DNA from: the human T2T-CHM13v2.0 reference genome, Homo sapiens | Direction of reading: 5' to 3' | Assembly (NCBI GenBank): GCA_009914755.4 | Contig: CP086569.2 | Location: forward strand, 5,248,001-5,312,000 | Length of the DNA: 64,000 nucleotides | Shown here: positions 12,521 through 26,400 of the stretch, piece by piece | Numbering within the stretch: the stretch's first letter is position 1 | How the letters are laid out: each line of letters begins with the position of its first letter | The notes under the pieces: generated by a model | The model's input: only the letters and a program-made list of their open reading frames with translations | Database searches by the model: none | Told to the model about the DNA's origin: nothing | Translations under genes and position numbers: made by a program

Positions 12521-14789
12521 CTTATCATTGAAATAGAATCCTCATTTAAAGTGTGGGGAATTGCAAAATTCTATGTAGAAGATCAATCCTCCCCAAAGTG
12601 TTTTATGAAAGCACTATTTAAAAAAAATTTTATACTTCAGCTTGTATTACCATTAAATTACATTGCATACAGATGAAACATCTTGCAATGAGAAATAAAT
12701 GTGCTGTTTGTCAGTGACACTTAAAAATGTTGTACAATGCTCTTTTATTGATCCTTATTAGTGCATAGAAACATTACTTTCACCTCTATTTTTCTATTCT
12801 GCTTTATTCCATCTAAGAATTTCATGTCTTCAGTTTTATAATATTCTAATTTTATTCAAAATAGATTTTTAACAAATTCAAAATGTTTATCTTTAAGCTT
12901 TTATCCATAATGGATATTATTAAATAATTCCTAAAATGCAGATGTGATCAGGAAATTATTTATTAATATTGGCTTTAAAATTTTGTGATGAATAAACTTG
13001 AGAGTCATCTGTCCAGATCAATACATATTTGGGTGTTTATAAACATACAATTATTTTGTTTAAAAATAGACTTTGCTACTTGTTCCAGGTCAAGCATGAT
13101 TTCACAGTGTTTTGAAGAAAGTCAATAATGCAAGGCTTGAATTTATCTAGAAAATAATGACAATAATCTCTAATCCCTTATGTCCTAATTGTGAGAAATA
13201 ATATAAAATTTTAGGTGAAGACAATGGTATTATAGAAAAAGTTTCTTAAGCCATGATAAGAATAATTCTACTGGGCCATTCTCATGCTAGTGCCTGCTGA
13301 TTTTGGGTTTTTCCTATTACTATTTTATATGTCAGAAGTTTGGGGACAGAGCAACCTGTTAAGTCAAAAACAATGTCTTTCCTTGCTCTACACTTATAGT
13401 AGGAGGTTGCGTGAAAGAAACTGGTATGTCAGTAGAGGACTGTGCTTAGCCATCACAGGCGACGAAGCTAGAAAATCTACTGAGTTACTGCAAAATGTTA
13501 CGTTTAATAACACATCTCCTTTGTGGAAAGCACCAATCATTACTTCCCAGGAAGCCAACATATTGCATAGGCTTGGTCCAATTCTATAAAAATGTATTAC
13601 AAAATACAAATGTGAAGGAGCAGCAGTCCTACTATGTCTCAATTATCACATTCTTTGTAAAGTGAAGTAGAAAATATATTGCAATACCTTACAAATTATA
13701 TTTATTTAGGTATGCTAATATAATGTTGTAGAAATAAGAGAAAATATTTATTGTGTTTAACTTTATTAAAATTTCTTTTTAGCTTTCATACCTGGACTAA
13801 AGAAAGGTACAGTAGAAATCAACACAAACCATCACCATGTTGCATGTTTCATTTTAAAATGAAGTGCTGATTTGTGTTTAAGAACTGTTTACCTTTTTGC
13901 TACTCATAAAACATCAACTGTTTGCTTCAAACACATTTTTGATACATTTAAAATATCTGAAATCTAGGAAGGGCATTCAGTCAGTTGGATATCTTATATA
14001 TCTGAATGCTTTTTCTAAATTGTGTGTCATCAATCTTTAGATAATAAAATAAATGTGACTCTATAGTTATTTATTTGGCTTAAAGTAGTTACTTTCAAAT
14101 TACCTATGAATTTATTATTCATTTCTCTCCTCTGATAGTATAAGCATTTTCAGTATTTTGTTTGAGCAGCCATTAAAGATATAATTATATTTTTCTGTAT
14201 TCTATTCCAATTTGATCTATAAATTGTATATGTTTTCTAAATTACTAACAAAGTTTACATTGTTTATGAATTTGTAAATAATATGTAATATGCATTTTCT
14301 TTGCCAAATTATAACACATGGATTACATGGGAACCTATGATAAGTTAAGGTTGACAGACAAAATATTTCTAAAAACATGGAGTTTAAGCAATCAGTTGAA
14401 AAATATATATATTTTTTGTGCTGATAAAATTTTAAAATGCTGCAGGATATATTGAATGTTCCAAATATATCTGCACTCATTGTGCATATGCACACATTTC
14501 TTTGTTGTCCACTTTATATTTGGTGATGTTTCTGTCCTATTGTTCCACTGTTCTTTATAACAATAATTTATTTCACTCATACACTTTTATCTTAAACTGT
14601 AATGTATAATACATTGATGTTTTGATGAAATAGAAAGAGCACTTAAAGAAAAAATTTTCCTGAAATCCGTCATAAACCTGAATTGTTATGTAAGGAAGAA
14701 ACTTACCTTTAATCTTTAATTTTGACATATTAGCAATATTAACAACATACTTTATCAATTTTTGGTATTTTAAATGTAAAATGTTGCTT

Positions 14790-16585
14790 TTGACTTTTTA
14801 CACTGTGTTGGGGTACTTCTTCTGTTCTTCTATAATCAGTTCTAATGTCCATGATACATTTCTGCCTATCATCTGAATAATGAAATGTGATCTCATTTGT
14901 CCATCTTTGCTTTGGTTGCCTGTGCCTGTTGGATAATGCTCAAAGAGTTTTCGCACACTCAGATTTCCTGAGGAGTTTCCCCAAAGTGTTCTTCTAGTAA
15001 TTTCATAATTTGAAATCTTAGAGTTAAGTCTTTAATATGCATTGATTTGATTTTTTTGTGTATGGCAAGAGGTAGCGGTCTAGTTTCATTCTTCTGCATA
15101 TGGATATCCAGTTTTCAGTTTTCCAGGAAGTATTGATTGAAGAAACTGTCCTTTCCCTAATGTATACTCTTGGAACATTTGTTGAAAATGAGTTTACTGT
15201 AGATGAATTTATTTCTGGGTTTTCTATTCTGTTCCGTTGGTCTATATGTCTGTTTTTATGCCAGTACAATACTATTTTGGTTAGTATAGCTCTGTAGTAT
15301 AATTTGACATCAGGTAATGTGATTTCTCCAATGTAGTTTTTTTTTGCTTAGGATAGCTTTGGCTATTCTGCGTGTTTTGTGGTTCCATATAAGTTTTAGA
15401 ATTTTTTTTTCAATTAATGTGAAGAATGTCGTGATTATTTTACAGGGGTTTGCATTGAATCTGTAGATTACTTTGGGAGTATGAATATCTTAACAATATT
15501 TATTTTTCCACATACATGTAATATCTTTTCATTTTTTGTGTCTTCAATTTCTTTCATCAAAGTTTTACAGTGTTCATTGTAGAGAATTTCACTTCCTTGA
15601 TTAATTTATCATATTTTATTTTATTTGTAGCTATTGTAAATGGGATAAATTTCTTGATTCCTTAATGTTGGCACATAAACATGTTACTGGTTTTTGTATG
15701 TTGATTTTGGATATGAAATCAATATTCATCAGTGATATTGGCCTGTTTTCTTTTTCTGATATGTTGTTGGATTTTGGATACGAAATCAACATACAAAATT
15801 ACTAAATTTGTTTATCAGTTCTAATCATTTTCTTGTGGACTCTTTAGGTTTTTCTAAATATAATATCATATCATTAACAAACAAGAACAATTTTACTTCT
15901 TCCATTTCAACTTGGATGCCCTTTATTTCTTTCTCTTGTCTGATTGCTCTAGCTAGGACTTCCAGTACTATGTTGAATGACACTGGTGACAGTGGTCCTC
16001 CTTATCATGTTCCAGATCTTAGAGAAAACACTTTTCGTTTTTTCCCCTTTCAGTATGATACTAGCTGTAGGTCTGTTGTATACGCCCTTTATTATATTGA
16101 GGTATGTTCATCCTATACTCAATTCTTAGAGAATTTTTTTAAATGAAGGAATGTTGAATTTATCAAGTAATTTTTCAGCATCAATTGAAATAATCATATG
16201 ATTTTTGTCTTTTAGTCTGTTGATATGATGAATCACATAGATTGATTTGCATACATTGAGCCATCTTTGCATCTCTAGGTTAAATCCCACTTGGTCATGA
16301 TGAATGATGTTTTCAATGTGTTGTTGAATTCAGTTTGCTAATATTTTGTTGAAGATTTTTGCATCAATATTCATCAGTGATATTGGCCTGTTTGCTTTTT
16401 CTGATATGTTGTTGGTTTTGGTATCAGGGTAATATTAGCCTCATAGAATAAGTTTTGTAGTGTTCCCTCCTTCTCTATTTTCTAGAATAGTTTGAATAGA
16501 ATTGGTATTAGTTCTTTCTTAAATATTCGTTAGAAGTCAGCAGTGAAACCCTCTGGTCCTCAGCTATTTTTCTGCTGGAAGATAT
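14790..16585 (-). mobile_element. Ancient L1 (copy A; L1PB/L1MA-like) ORF2 central/RT region, antisense, 3' end missing
   Basis: The reverse complement is homologous to the ORF2 RT region of the L1HS copy in this window, e.g. 'gcctaattgctctagctaggacttccagtactatgttgaat' and 'ttgatttgcatacattgagccatctttgcatc'. It is diverged. Confidence 0.6.
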
Positions 16586-18585
16586 ATTTTTTCTTTTTTT
16601 TTTTAACTTTTAAGTTCAGGGGTACAAGTGTAGGTTTGTTACATAGGTAAACTTGTGTCATGGGGATTTGTTGCACAGTTTGTTTCATCAACCAGGTTTT
16701 AAGCCTAGCACCCATTAGTTGTTTTTCCTGATCCTCTCTCTCCTCCCACCCTCCATCCTCCAAGAGACCCCAGTGTGTGTGGTTCTCCTCTATGTGCCCA
16801 TGTGTTCTCATAATTTATCTCTCATTAATAAGTGAGAAAATGTGGTATTTGGTTTTCTGGCCCTGTGTTATTTTGGTAAAAATAATGGCCTTAGGCTCAA
16901 TTCATGTTCCTGCAAAAGACATAATCTTGTTCTTTTTTATGGCTGCATAGTATTCCATGGTGTATATGTACCACATATTCTTTACCCAGTCTGTAATTGA
17001 TTGACATTTAGGTTGATATCATATCTTTGCTATTGTAAGTAGTGCTGCAGTGAACATATGCATGCATGTGTCTTTATAATAGAATGATTTATATTCCTTT
17101 GGATATATTCCCAGTAATGGGATTGCTGGGTCAAATGTTATTTCTGTCTTTAGGTCTTTGAGTAATTGCCACACTGTCTTCCACAGTGGCTGAAATAATT
17201 TACGCTCTCACCACCGGTGGATAAGTTTTCCTGTTTCTCTACAACCTCACCAGGATTTCTTACTATTTGACTTTTTTGTAGCCATTCTGACTGGTGTGAG
17301 ATAGTATCTCATTGTGGATTTGATTTGCATTTCTCTAACAATCAATGTTGTTGAGCTCTTTTCATATGATTGTTGACCACATGTATGTCTCCTTTTGAAA
17401 AGTGTCTGCTCATGTATTTTGCCACTTTTTAATGGAGTTGTTTTTTTTCTTTGTAATTTTTTTAAGTTCATTATAGATGCTGGATATTAGACCTTTGTCA
17501 GATACAGAGTTTCCAAAAATTTTCTGTCATTCCATAGATTGTTTACTCTGTTGATAGTTTATTTTTGCTATGAAGCAGCCGTTTCATTTACTTAGATCTC
17601 ATTTGTCAATTTTTGCTTCTGTTGCAATTGCTTTTGGAATTTTTTTTATGAAACTTTTGCCAGCGCCTGTATCCGGAATGATACTGCCTAGGTTATCTTC
17701 CAGGAATTTTATAGTTTTGGGTTTTATGTTTAGGTCTTTAATCCATCTTGAGTTTATTTTTGTATATAGTGTAAGGAAGGGGTCCAGTTTCAATCTTCTG
17801 CATATGTCAGTTATGTCAACACCATTTATTGAATAGAAAATCCTTTCTTCAGAGCTTCTTTTTTTTTTTTTTTTTTTGGTCAGGTTTGTCAAAAATCAGA
17901 GAGTTGTAGGTGTGTGGTCTTATTTCTGGGTTCTCTATTCTATTCCATTTGCCTATGTGTCTGTTCCTGTACCAGTGCCATGCCATTCTGGTTACTATAA
18001 TCCTGTAGTATAGTATAGTTTGAAGTCAGGTAGTATGATACCTCTGGCTTTGTTCATTTTGTTTAGGATTACCTTGGCTATTAGGGCTATTTTTGGTACC
18101 ATATAAATTTTTAAATAATTTTTTAAAATTTTATTTCTGTGAAGAATGTCATTGATAATTTAATAGGAATAGCATTGAATGTATACATTGTTTTAGGCAG
18201 GATGACCATTTTAATGATATTGATTATTTCTATCCAGGAGCATAAAATGTTTTTCCATTTGTTTGTGTCATCTCTGATTTCTCTGAGCCGTGGCTTGTAG
18301 TTCTCCTTGTAGAGATTTTTCACCTCCCTGGTTAGCTGTATTCAAAGGTATTTTATTCTTTTTGTGGCAAATGTGAATAGGCATCTGTTTGTGGCTCTCA
18401 GCTTAACTGTTGTTGATGTATAGGAATACCAGCACTTTTTGCACATTGATTTTGTGTCCTGAGACTTTGGTGAAGTTGTTTAACAGCTTCAGAAGCTTCG
18501 GGGCTGAAAAAATGTTTTTTTTGTTTGTTTTTTTTTTTAGATATAGGGTCATGTCATCTGCAAACAGAGATAGTCTGACTTCCTC
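16586..18585 (-). mobile_element. 5'-truncated L1PA-type element (copy C, ~2.0 kb) nested inside L1 copy A
   Basis: There is a poly(T) at 16587-16604, then the rc L1PA 3' UTR 'aacttttaagttcaggggtacaagtgtaggtttgttacataggtaaacttgtgtcatgggg...' and the ORF2 C-terminal half up to 'gtcatctgcaaacagagatagtctgacttcctctc' (MSSANRD motif). It is flanked by a perfect 15-bp TSD 'tctgctggaagatat' at 16571-16585 and 18586-18600, and the host L1 sequence is contiguous across the TSD. Confidence 0.75.
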
Positions 18586-21139
18586 TCTGCTGGAAGATAT
18601 TTATTATGGCTTTGAGCTCATTATTTGTTATGGATATGTTCAGGTTTTGGATTTCTTAATGGTTTAAACTTGATAGGCTATATGTGTCTAGGATTTGTCA
18701 ATTTCTTCTGGCTTTTTCCATTTATTGGCATATAGTTGCTAATAATGGCCATTAATCATCTTTTGAATTCCTGTGGTATCAGTTGTAATGTCTCCTTTTA
18801 CAACTCTGGTTTTATTCAGGTCTTCTCTCTTTTCTCTTAGTCTGGCTAAAGGCTTGTCAATTTTGTTTAACTTTTAACAAAACAACCTTTTTATTTCATT
18901 GATCTTTTGTATTGATTTATTTGTTTTGATTTCATTGATTTATCTTCTATTATTATTCTTTTTCTTCTATTAATATTGGATTTTGTTTGCTCTTGCTTTT
19001 CCTGTTGTTTAAGATGCGTCGTTAGGTTGTTTACTTGAAGTTTTTCTCATTTTTTAGTGTAGGCACTTACAGCTATAAACTTCCCTCTAAGTACTGCTAT
19101 TGCTATATCCCATAGGGCTCAGTATGTTGTGTGTCCATTATAATTTGTTTCAAGAATTTTTTCAAATTTCTTTTTAATTTCTGCATTAACATACTGATCA
19201 TTCAGCAGCATATTGTTTAATTTCTATGTGAGTGTATGGTTTCCAAAATTCCTCTTGTAATTAATTTCTAGTTTTAGTCCATTGTGGTGAGAGAAGGTGC
19301 TTGATAATTTTTGACTTTTTTGAATGTTTTAAGAATTGTTTTTTGAGCTAATATATGACCTTTCCTTGAGAATGATCTCTTTGCTGAGGAGAAAAATGTG
19401 TATTCTGCAGCAGATGGGTGAAATTTTCTGTAACTATTAGGTTTTTTTGTTCTATAGTGAAGATTAAGTTCAATTTTTTTTGCTGTTGCTGTTGTTGTTG
19501 ATTTTCTGTCTGAAAGGTCCAGTGCTGAAAGTGTGGTGTTTAAGTCTCCACCTATTACTGTATTGGGGCCTATCTCTATCTGTGGCTCAATAATATTTGC
19601 TATATATATCTGAGTGCTGTAGTATTGAGCACATATATATTTACAATTGTTATATCCTTTTCCTGAATTGACCCATTTATCATTATATAGTGACTTTCTT
19701 TGTCTCATAGTTTTTATATTGAAATATAATTTGTCTGATATAAGTCTAGCTACTACCACTCTTTTTTAGTTTTTATTGGCATGGAATATCTTTTACCATC
19801 TGTTTATTTGCAATGTATGAGTGCCTTTAAATGTGAAGTATATTTCTTGTAGGCAATAGATTATATAGTTTTTTTAATCCATTAATCCACTCTATGCCTT
19901 TTGATTGGAGAATTTAGTTGTTTTTACATTAAATGTTATTATTAACAAATAAGGGCTTATTCTTGCCATATTGTTATTTGTTTTCTGTTCATTTTGTGGC
20001 CTTCTCTTCCTTCTTTCCTTCCTTTTTTCTTCTTTTAGTTAAGATGATTTTCTCTGGTGATACAATTTAGTTTTTTTTTTAAATTTTTTGTCAGTCAGTT
20101 ATCTGTTTTTTGATTTAAGGTTACCATGAAACTTGCAAATACTATCTTATAACCCATTATTTTAAGCTAATAATAATTTAACACTGTATAAACAAACAAA
20201 CATAAAAATGTAGAGAAAACTCATAAACACTCTACATTTTATTACCCTACTTTTTAATCTTTTGTTGTTCTTATTTATATATTGTTATACTGTCTAGGTC
20301 TTGAAAAGTTGTAGTTATTATTTTTTATTGGTTCCTGTTTTAATATTTCTACTTATGATAAGAATAGTTTACACACCAAAGTTACAGTGTTATAATATTC
20401 TGTATTTATTGTGTATTTACTATTACCAGTCAGTTTTGTACCTTTGTATGAATTCTTGTTGCTCATTAACATTCTATTCTTTTTAATTGAGGCACTCTCT
20501 TTAGTATTTCCTGAAGGACAGGTCTGGTGTTGTTAAAATCCTTCAGCTTTTGTTTTTTGGGGGAAGTCTTTATTTCTCCTTCATGTTTAGAGGATATTTG
20601 CACCAGATATACTATTATAGAGTGAAAGTATTTTTTCTCCAGCACTTCTTTAAATATGTCATGCCACTCTCTCATGCCCTGTAAGGTTTCCACTGAAATG
20701 TGCTGCCAGATGTATTGGTGCTCCATTGTATGTTATTTGTTTGTTTTCTCTTGCTGCTCTTTCTAAAATAATCCTTTCTTTATTTTTGACCTTTGGGAGT
20801 TTGATTATTAAATGCTTTGAGATAGTCTCTTTTGGGTTAAATCTCCTTGATGTTCTTTGGGCTTCTTATACTTGGATATTGATAATATTTCACTAGGTAT
20901 TGGAAGTTCTCTTTTATTATTTCTTTGATAAAACTTCCTACTCATATCTCTTTCTCTACCTCCTCTTTAAGGCCAGTTACTCTTAGATTTGCTCTTTTGA
21001 GGCTGTTATCTAGATTCTGTAGTTGTATGTCATTACTTTTATTCTTTTTTCTTTACTTCTGTGTATTTTCAAATAGCTTATCTTCAAGCTTACTAATTCT
21101 TTCTTCTACTTGATCAATTCTGTTATTAAAAGACTGATA
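18586..21139 (-). mobile_element. L1 copy A continued: ORF2 N-terminal half incl. endonuclease domain remnant (ORF 19274-19759), inter-ORF and ORF1 C-terminal part
   Basis: The track ORF 19274-19759 '...IGGDLNTTLSALDLSDRKST...HYRTKKPNSYRKFHPSAAEYTFFSSAKRSFSRKGHILAQK' matches the L1 EN domain ([13 protein letters not shown]...YRTLHP..EYTFFS). Downstream rc sequence parallels L1 ORF1 3' coding sequence. Confidence 0.65.
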
Positions 21140-21500
21140 TTGTTTGGCTGTGTCCCCACCCAAATCTCATTTTGAATTGTAGCTCCCATAATTCCCATGG
21201 GTTGTGGGACGGACCCAGAGGGAGGTAACTGAATCATGGGGATGGGCTTTTCCCATGCTGTTCTCATGATACTGAATGAGTCTCATGAGATCTGATGGTT
21301 TTATAAAGGAGAGTTCCCCTACACAAGCTCTCTCTTTCCTGCTGCCATGTGAGATGTAACTTTGCTCTTCCTTGCCTTCCACCATGATTTTGAGGCCTCC
21401 CCAACCACATGGAACTGTGGTTAAACTTCTGTTACCTTGTAAGTTACCTAGTCTCGTATGTGTCTTTATCAGCAGTGTGAGAATGGACTAATACAAAGAC
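21140..21500 (+). mobile_element. Solo MaLR LTR (THE1-like) inserted into L1 copy A ORF1
   Basis: 'tgatattgtttggctgtgtccccacccaaatctcattttgaattgtagctcccataattcccatgg...cagcagtgtgagaatggactaataca'; 5-bp TSD 'aagac' on both sides. Confidence 0.7.
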
Positions 21501-22929
21501 TCTTATGCATTCTTCAGTATGTTAATTGCATTTTTCAGCACCAGAATTTTTACTTGATTCATTCTAATTATTTCAATCTCCTTGTTAAATTTATCTAACA
21601 GACTTCTAAATTTCTTCTCTGTGTTATCATTGAATTTCTTTGAGTTCCCTCAAAACAGCTATTTTTAATTCTCTGTCTGAAAGTTCACATATCTCTATTT
21701 CTCCAGGATTGGTCCCTGGTGCCTTATTTAGTTTATTTGGTAAGGTCATGTTTTCCTGGATAGTCTTGATATTTATGGATTTTCATCTGTGTCTGGGCAT
21801 TGAGGAATAAGGTATTTATTGTTATCTTTGCAGTAGGGACTTGTTTGTACTCATCTTTCCCAGGAAGGCTTTCCAGATATTTCAAAGAACTTTGATGTTG
21901 TGATCTAAAATATATCTGTATTAGAGAACGCAAGAAGCCCGAAGCCCAGGACAACTTTTTAAGTTTAAGAACTAAGTAACTGTGGTTCTTGCAGACTTGT
22001 AGAGGTACTGCCTTGGTGGTTTTGGACAACATCCAGAAGAATTCTGTAGATTATCAGGCAAAAACTCTTGTTCTCTTTTCTTACTTTCTTCCAAAAAAAA
22101 AAAAAAAATGGAGTCTCTCTCTCGCTCTCTGTTCTGAGCTGCCTGGAGTTATTGGTGGAATGACACAAGCACCTCTGTGACCACCACTACTAGGATTGTG
22201 CTGGGTCAGACCCGATGCCAGTACAATACTGGGCCTCACTCAAGGCCTGATACAACCTCAACTTGACTACTGCCTATGTTTTCCCAAGGCCCTGGGGCTC
22301 TACAGTAAGCTGCTGGTAAGGCCTTTCAGGCCTGTGTTCTTCCCTTCAAGATGGCGAATTTCCCCAGGCCCCAGGTATGTCCAGATGTGCCATCCAGGAG
22401 CCAGAGACTAGCATTAAATACCTTAGATGTCTAAGTGGTATTCTATTGTACAGCAACTGAGCTGGCACTCAAACCACAAGATGCAATCCTTCCCACTCTT
22501 CTTTCCTTTTTCCAAAGGTAGAGGAGTTTCACCCTGTGGCCACTGCCAACATGAGGCCATGGAGAATACTGCCAAGCTATTGCTGATGTTTCGTTTAGGT
22601 CCAAAGTCTCTTCAGTCAGCTTGTGATGATTGATACCTGGCCTGGGACTCACCCTTCAGAACAATGGGCTCCTCTCTCACCCAGGGCAGGTCCAGAAATG
22701 CTGTCCAACATCCATGTCCTAGATATGGGGACCTCAAGGGTCCACTTCGTGCTCTACTCCACTGTGGTGAGCTAGGACTTAAGGTCCAAGACAAAGTTCC
22801 CTTTTCCCTCCTCATTTCTCAATCAGAGGGAGTCTTGCCCCCTACACACACAGCAGGAAATGTGCTGATTGTAGCCTGAGTCCAACAAGTCTCAGAATTT
22901 CACCCCAAGGCACTAGAAGTATTGCTTGG
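21501..22929 (-). mobile_element. L1 copy A continued: ORF1 5' part and GC-richer 5' UTR
   Basis: rc homology to L1 ORF1 5' coding region ('gcattcttcagtatgttaattgcatttttcagcaccag...' versus 'gcattcttcacgtagttctcgaaccttggttttcagctcc'). After that the sequence is non-coding, GC-richer and 5'-UTR-like. Confidence 0.5.
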
Positions 22930-23076
22930 GTATTATTGCTGGTCATTAATCTTCTGTGATCATTATTTGTATTTCTGTGGGGTCAGTGGTAATATCTTCT
23001 TTGTCATTTCTAATTGTGTTTATTTGGAACTTTTCCCTTTTTTTCTGTATGAGTGTACCTAGAAATCTGATATGGT
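22930..23076 (-). mobile_element. L1 copy B (L1PA-type), 3'-most retained piece of ORF2 (separated from the rest by an LTR)
   Basis: 'cattatttgtatttctgtggggtcagtggtaatatcttctttgtcatttctaattgtgtttatttgg' parallels the L1HS copy at about 40990-41070. Confidence 0.6.
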
Positions 23077-23457
23077 TTGGCTCTGTGTTCCCCTCAAAAT
23101 CTCATCTCAAATTATAATCCCCATGTTTCCAGGGAGGAACATGTAATCTCCATGTGTCAAGGGAAGGAGGTGATTGGATCATAGGAGCAGTTTCCCCCAT
23201 GGTGGCCTTGTGATAATGAATGAGTTCTCACGAGATCTTATGGTTTTATAAGTGTTTGACAGTTTCTCCTTCACATGTTCTTTCTCCTGCCACCTTGTGA
23301 AGAAGGTACTTCCTTCCCCTTTGCCTTCTGCTATGATTATAAGTTTCCTGAGGCCTACCCAGCCATGTGGAACTGCGAGTCAATTAAACTTCTTTCTTTT
23401 AAAAATTACCCACTCTCAAGTATTTCTTTATAGCAACGTAAAAATGGACTATTACAC
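23077..23457 (+). mobile_element. Solo MaLR LTR (MST/THE1-like, more diverged) inserted into L1 copy B ORF2
   Basis: 'tgatatggtttggctctgtgttcccctcaaaatctcatctcaaattataatcccc...aaaatggactattaca'. L1 sequence resumes immediately on both sides, and the putative TSD is 'aatc'. Confidence 0.6.
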
Positions 23458-26400
23458 AATCTATTTCACTAATTAAAAAAAAAAACCTCCTAGATTCATT
23501 CATCTTTTGAATGTTTTTTCCTGTCTCATTTTCCTTCAGTTCAGCTCTGATTTTGGTTATTTCTTGTCTTCTGCTAGCTTTGGGCTTGGTTTGATCTTGC
23601 TTCTCTAGTTTTCTTTAGTTGTGATGTTAGGTGGTTCAACTGAGATTTTTTTAACTTTTAGATGTGGGTATTTAGTGCTATAAATTTCCACTTTAACACT
23701 GCCTTAGTTGTGTCCCAGAGATTCTGCTATATTGTATCTGTGTTCTTATGAGTTTCAAATAACTTCTTGATTTCTGCCTCAATTTCATTATTTACCCAAA
23801 AGTCATTCACAACCTGAGCAAATTATACAATTTCCATTTAATTGTATGGTTTTGAGCAATTTTCTTAGTCTTGCTTCCTAATTTGATAGTGCAATGATCT
23901 GAGGGAGTGATTCTTATTATTTCAGTTCTTTTGCATTTGCTGAGGAGTGTTTTGTGTCCGATTATGTGGTCAATTTTAGAGTATGTGCTGAGTGGCATTG
24001 AGAATAATGTACATTCTGTGGTATTTGGGTAGAGATTTCTGTAAATGTCTATTAAGTATATTTGGTCCAGTGCGGAGTTTAGTTCCTAAATATCTTCATG
24101 AATTATCTGTCTAATACTGTCAAAGGGTGTTGAAATCTCCCACTATTATTTTGTGGGAGTCTAAGTCACTTTGATGATCTCTAAGAACTTGTTTTATGAA
24201 TCTGAGTGCTAATGTGTTGGGTGCATATATATTTAGGACAGTAAGTTCTTCTTGTTGAATTGAACCCTTTACCATTATGTGATGCCCATCTTTGCTTTTT
24301 TCTATATTTGTTGGTTGAAAATATGTTTTTTCTGAAATTAGGATTGAAATCCCTGCTTTTTTGTTTTCCATTTGTTTGTATATTTTTTTCTATTCCTTTA
24401 TTTTGAGCTCATGGGTGTCACTGCATGTGAGATGTGTCTCTCAAAGACAGCATAACAATGGGTCTTGGTTCTTTATGCAACTTAACAGTCTGTGCCTTTT
24501 AATTGAGAGCATTTAGCTTGTTTACGTTCAAGGTTAGTACTGATATGTATGGATTTGATTCTATCATCATCATGTTAGCTGGTTATTCTGCAGACTTGTC
24601 TGTGTGGTTCTTCATAGCGTCACTGGCCTGTGTAATTCAGTATGTTTTTGTAGTGGCTGGTAACTGCCTTTCCTTTCCATATTTAGTGCTTCTATCAGAA
24701 GCTCTTGTAAAGCAGGTTGGTTGGTAATGAATTCCCTCAGCATTTGCTTGTTTGAAGATAATGCCATTTCTCCTTCATTTAGGAAGCTTAGTTTGGCCAG
24801 ATATGAAACTCTGGGTTGAAATTTCTTTAAGAATGTTGAATATAGACCCTCAATCTTTTCTGGCTTGTGAGGTTTCTGCTGAGAGGTCTGCTGTTTGTAT
24901 GATGGGGTTCTCTTTTTAGGTGACCTGACTCTTCTCTAGTTGCCTTTAATTTTTTTTTTTTATTTTGACCTTGGAGAATCTGATGATTGTGTTTGGAATG
25001 ATCTTCTTGTAAAGTATCTTACTGAGGTTCTCTGAATTTCCTGAATTTGATTCTTGGCTTGTATAACTAGGTTGGGGAAGTGACCATGGATGATATCCTG
25101 AAATATGTTTTCAAAGTTGCTTCCATTCTCCTCGTCTTTTTCAGGGACAACAATGCTTCATAGATTTGTTCTCTTTCCATAATTCCATTTTTTTGGAGGT
25201 TTTATGTATTCCTTTTAATTCTTTTTTCCCTATTCTTGTCTGACTGTATTATTTTAGAAAGCCGACCTGCAGACTCTGAGATTCATTCCACAGCTTGGTC
25301 AATTCTGCTATTAATACTTGTGATTGCATTATGAAATTTTTGTAGTGTGTTTTTCAGCTCTGAGAGCTCAGTTATATTATTTTCTATAAAGACCTATTTT
25401 GTTTGTTAGTTGTTGCATCATTTTATTATGATTCTTACCTTCTTTGAATTGGGTTTCAATGTACTCCTGCATCTCAATGATCTTAGTTTCTATTCATATT
25501 CTGAATTCAATTTCTGTCATGTCAGCTTTTTCAGCCCAGTGAAGAACCGTTGCTAGAGAGTTGGTGTGGTCATTTGGAGGAAAGAAGACACTGTGGCTTT
25601 TAGAGTTGTCAGAGTTCTTGCACTGTTCTTTCTTGTCTTTGTGGGCTGATGTTCCTTTAGTCTTCGAAGTTGCTGTTTTGTGAGGTTTTTTGTTTTTTTT
25701 TTTTAATCCTATTAGATGCCCTTGAGGGTTTAGTTGTGGTACAAGCTTAGTTCAGTCAACTGGCTTCATTTCTGGAAGAATTTGGGGGGCCAAGTCTCTG
25801 CTCCCAACTTCTATACTACGTGCTGTAACTCTGGGAGACTGGTATTGGGCCCTGTCTTTGTTCTCTGGCTCCTCAAAGTTAGGAACCCAATGTGCTCGGA
25901 AGGCTGAAATGCTCCCAGACTACTGATCACTACACTTTGATGGCTGGTGCCAGCCAAAACATTTGGTAGGTCAGTGGCAGTGGGATCTGTCCTTGTTTGC
26001 ATGTGCCAGCAGCAGTGACAGTGGCAGCACTGTGTGGTACCTGCATGTTGGCTGTGGCAGGGCACCTAGTGGGTATTGGGGTACTGGTCTCCCTACACAC
26101 ATTCACAGCAGCGACAGAGGCAGCATGGCTCTCTAGGATGGGGATCCCCTCTGGTGACTGTGCATGTGGTCATACTGGTGGTGGTTTTAGCGCAAGGGCT
26201 GGACGCTGTCAGGTGCAGGTCTTTGTGCACCCTCTATGTGCATTCATGCAGGCAGAGGTCCCCACTCAGGGAATGTGAGGGTCTGCTGTTCTCTGTTCCT
26301 GGTTTCACTCTGGAAATAGCATTGGCACAGGGGCAGGGGCCTGGCAAAGGTGGGGCTGCTGGGCTCTGTGCCCACCAAGGCTCTGACTGCAATGACAGTA

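Noticed and set aside
16571-18600. 15-bp direct repeat 'tctgctggaagatat' as a possible recombination or CRISPR-like repeat
   Set aside because: It is the target-site duplication of a nested 5'-truncated L1 insertion. The host L1 sequence is continuous across one copy of it.
21140-23457. Two same-orientation THE1/MST LTRs 1,577 bp apart, resembling a complete THE1 provirus (LTR - ~1.6 kb internal - LTR)
   Set aside because: Each LTR has its own 5-bp TSD (aagac; about aatc). The intervening 1.58 kb is L1 ORF1 and 5' UTR plus a piece of L1 ORF2, not MaLR internal sequence. So these are two independent solo LTRs inserted into L1s.
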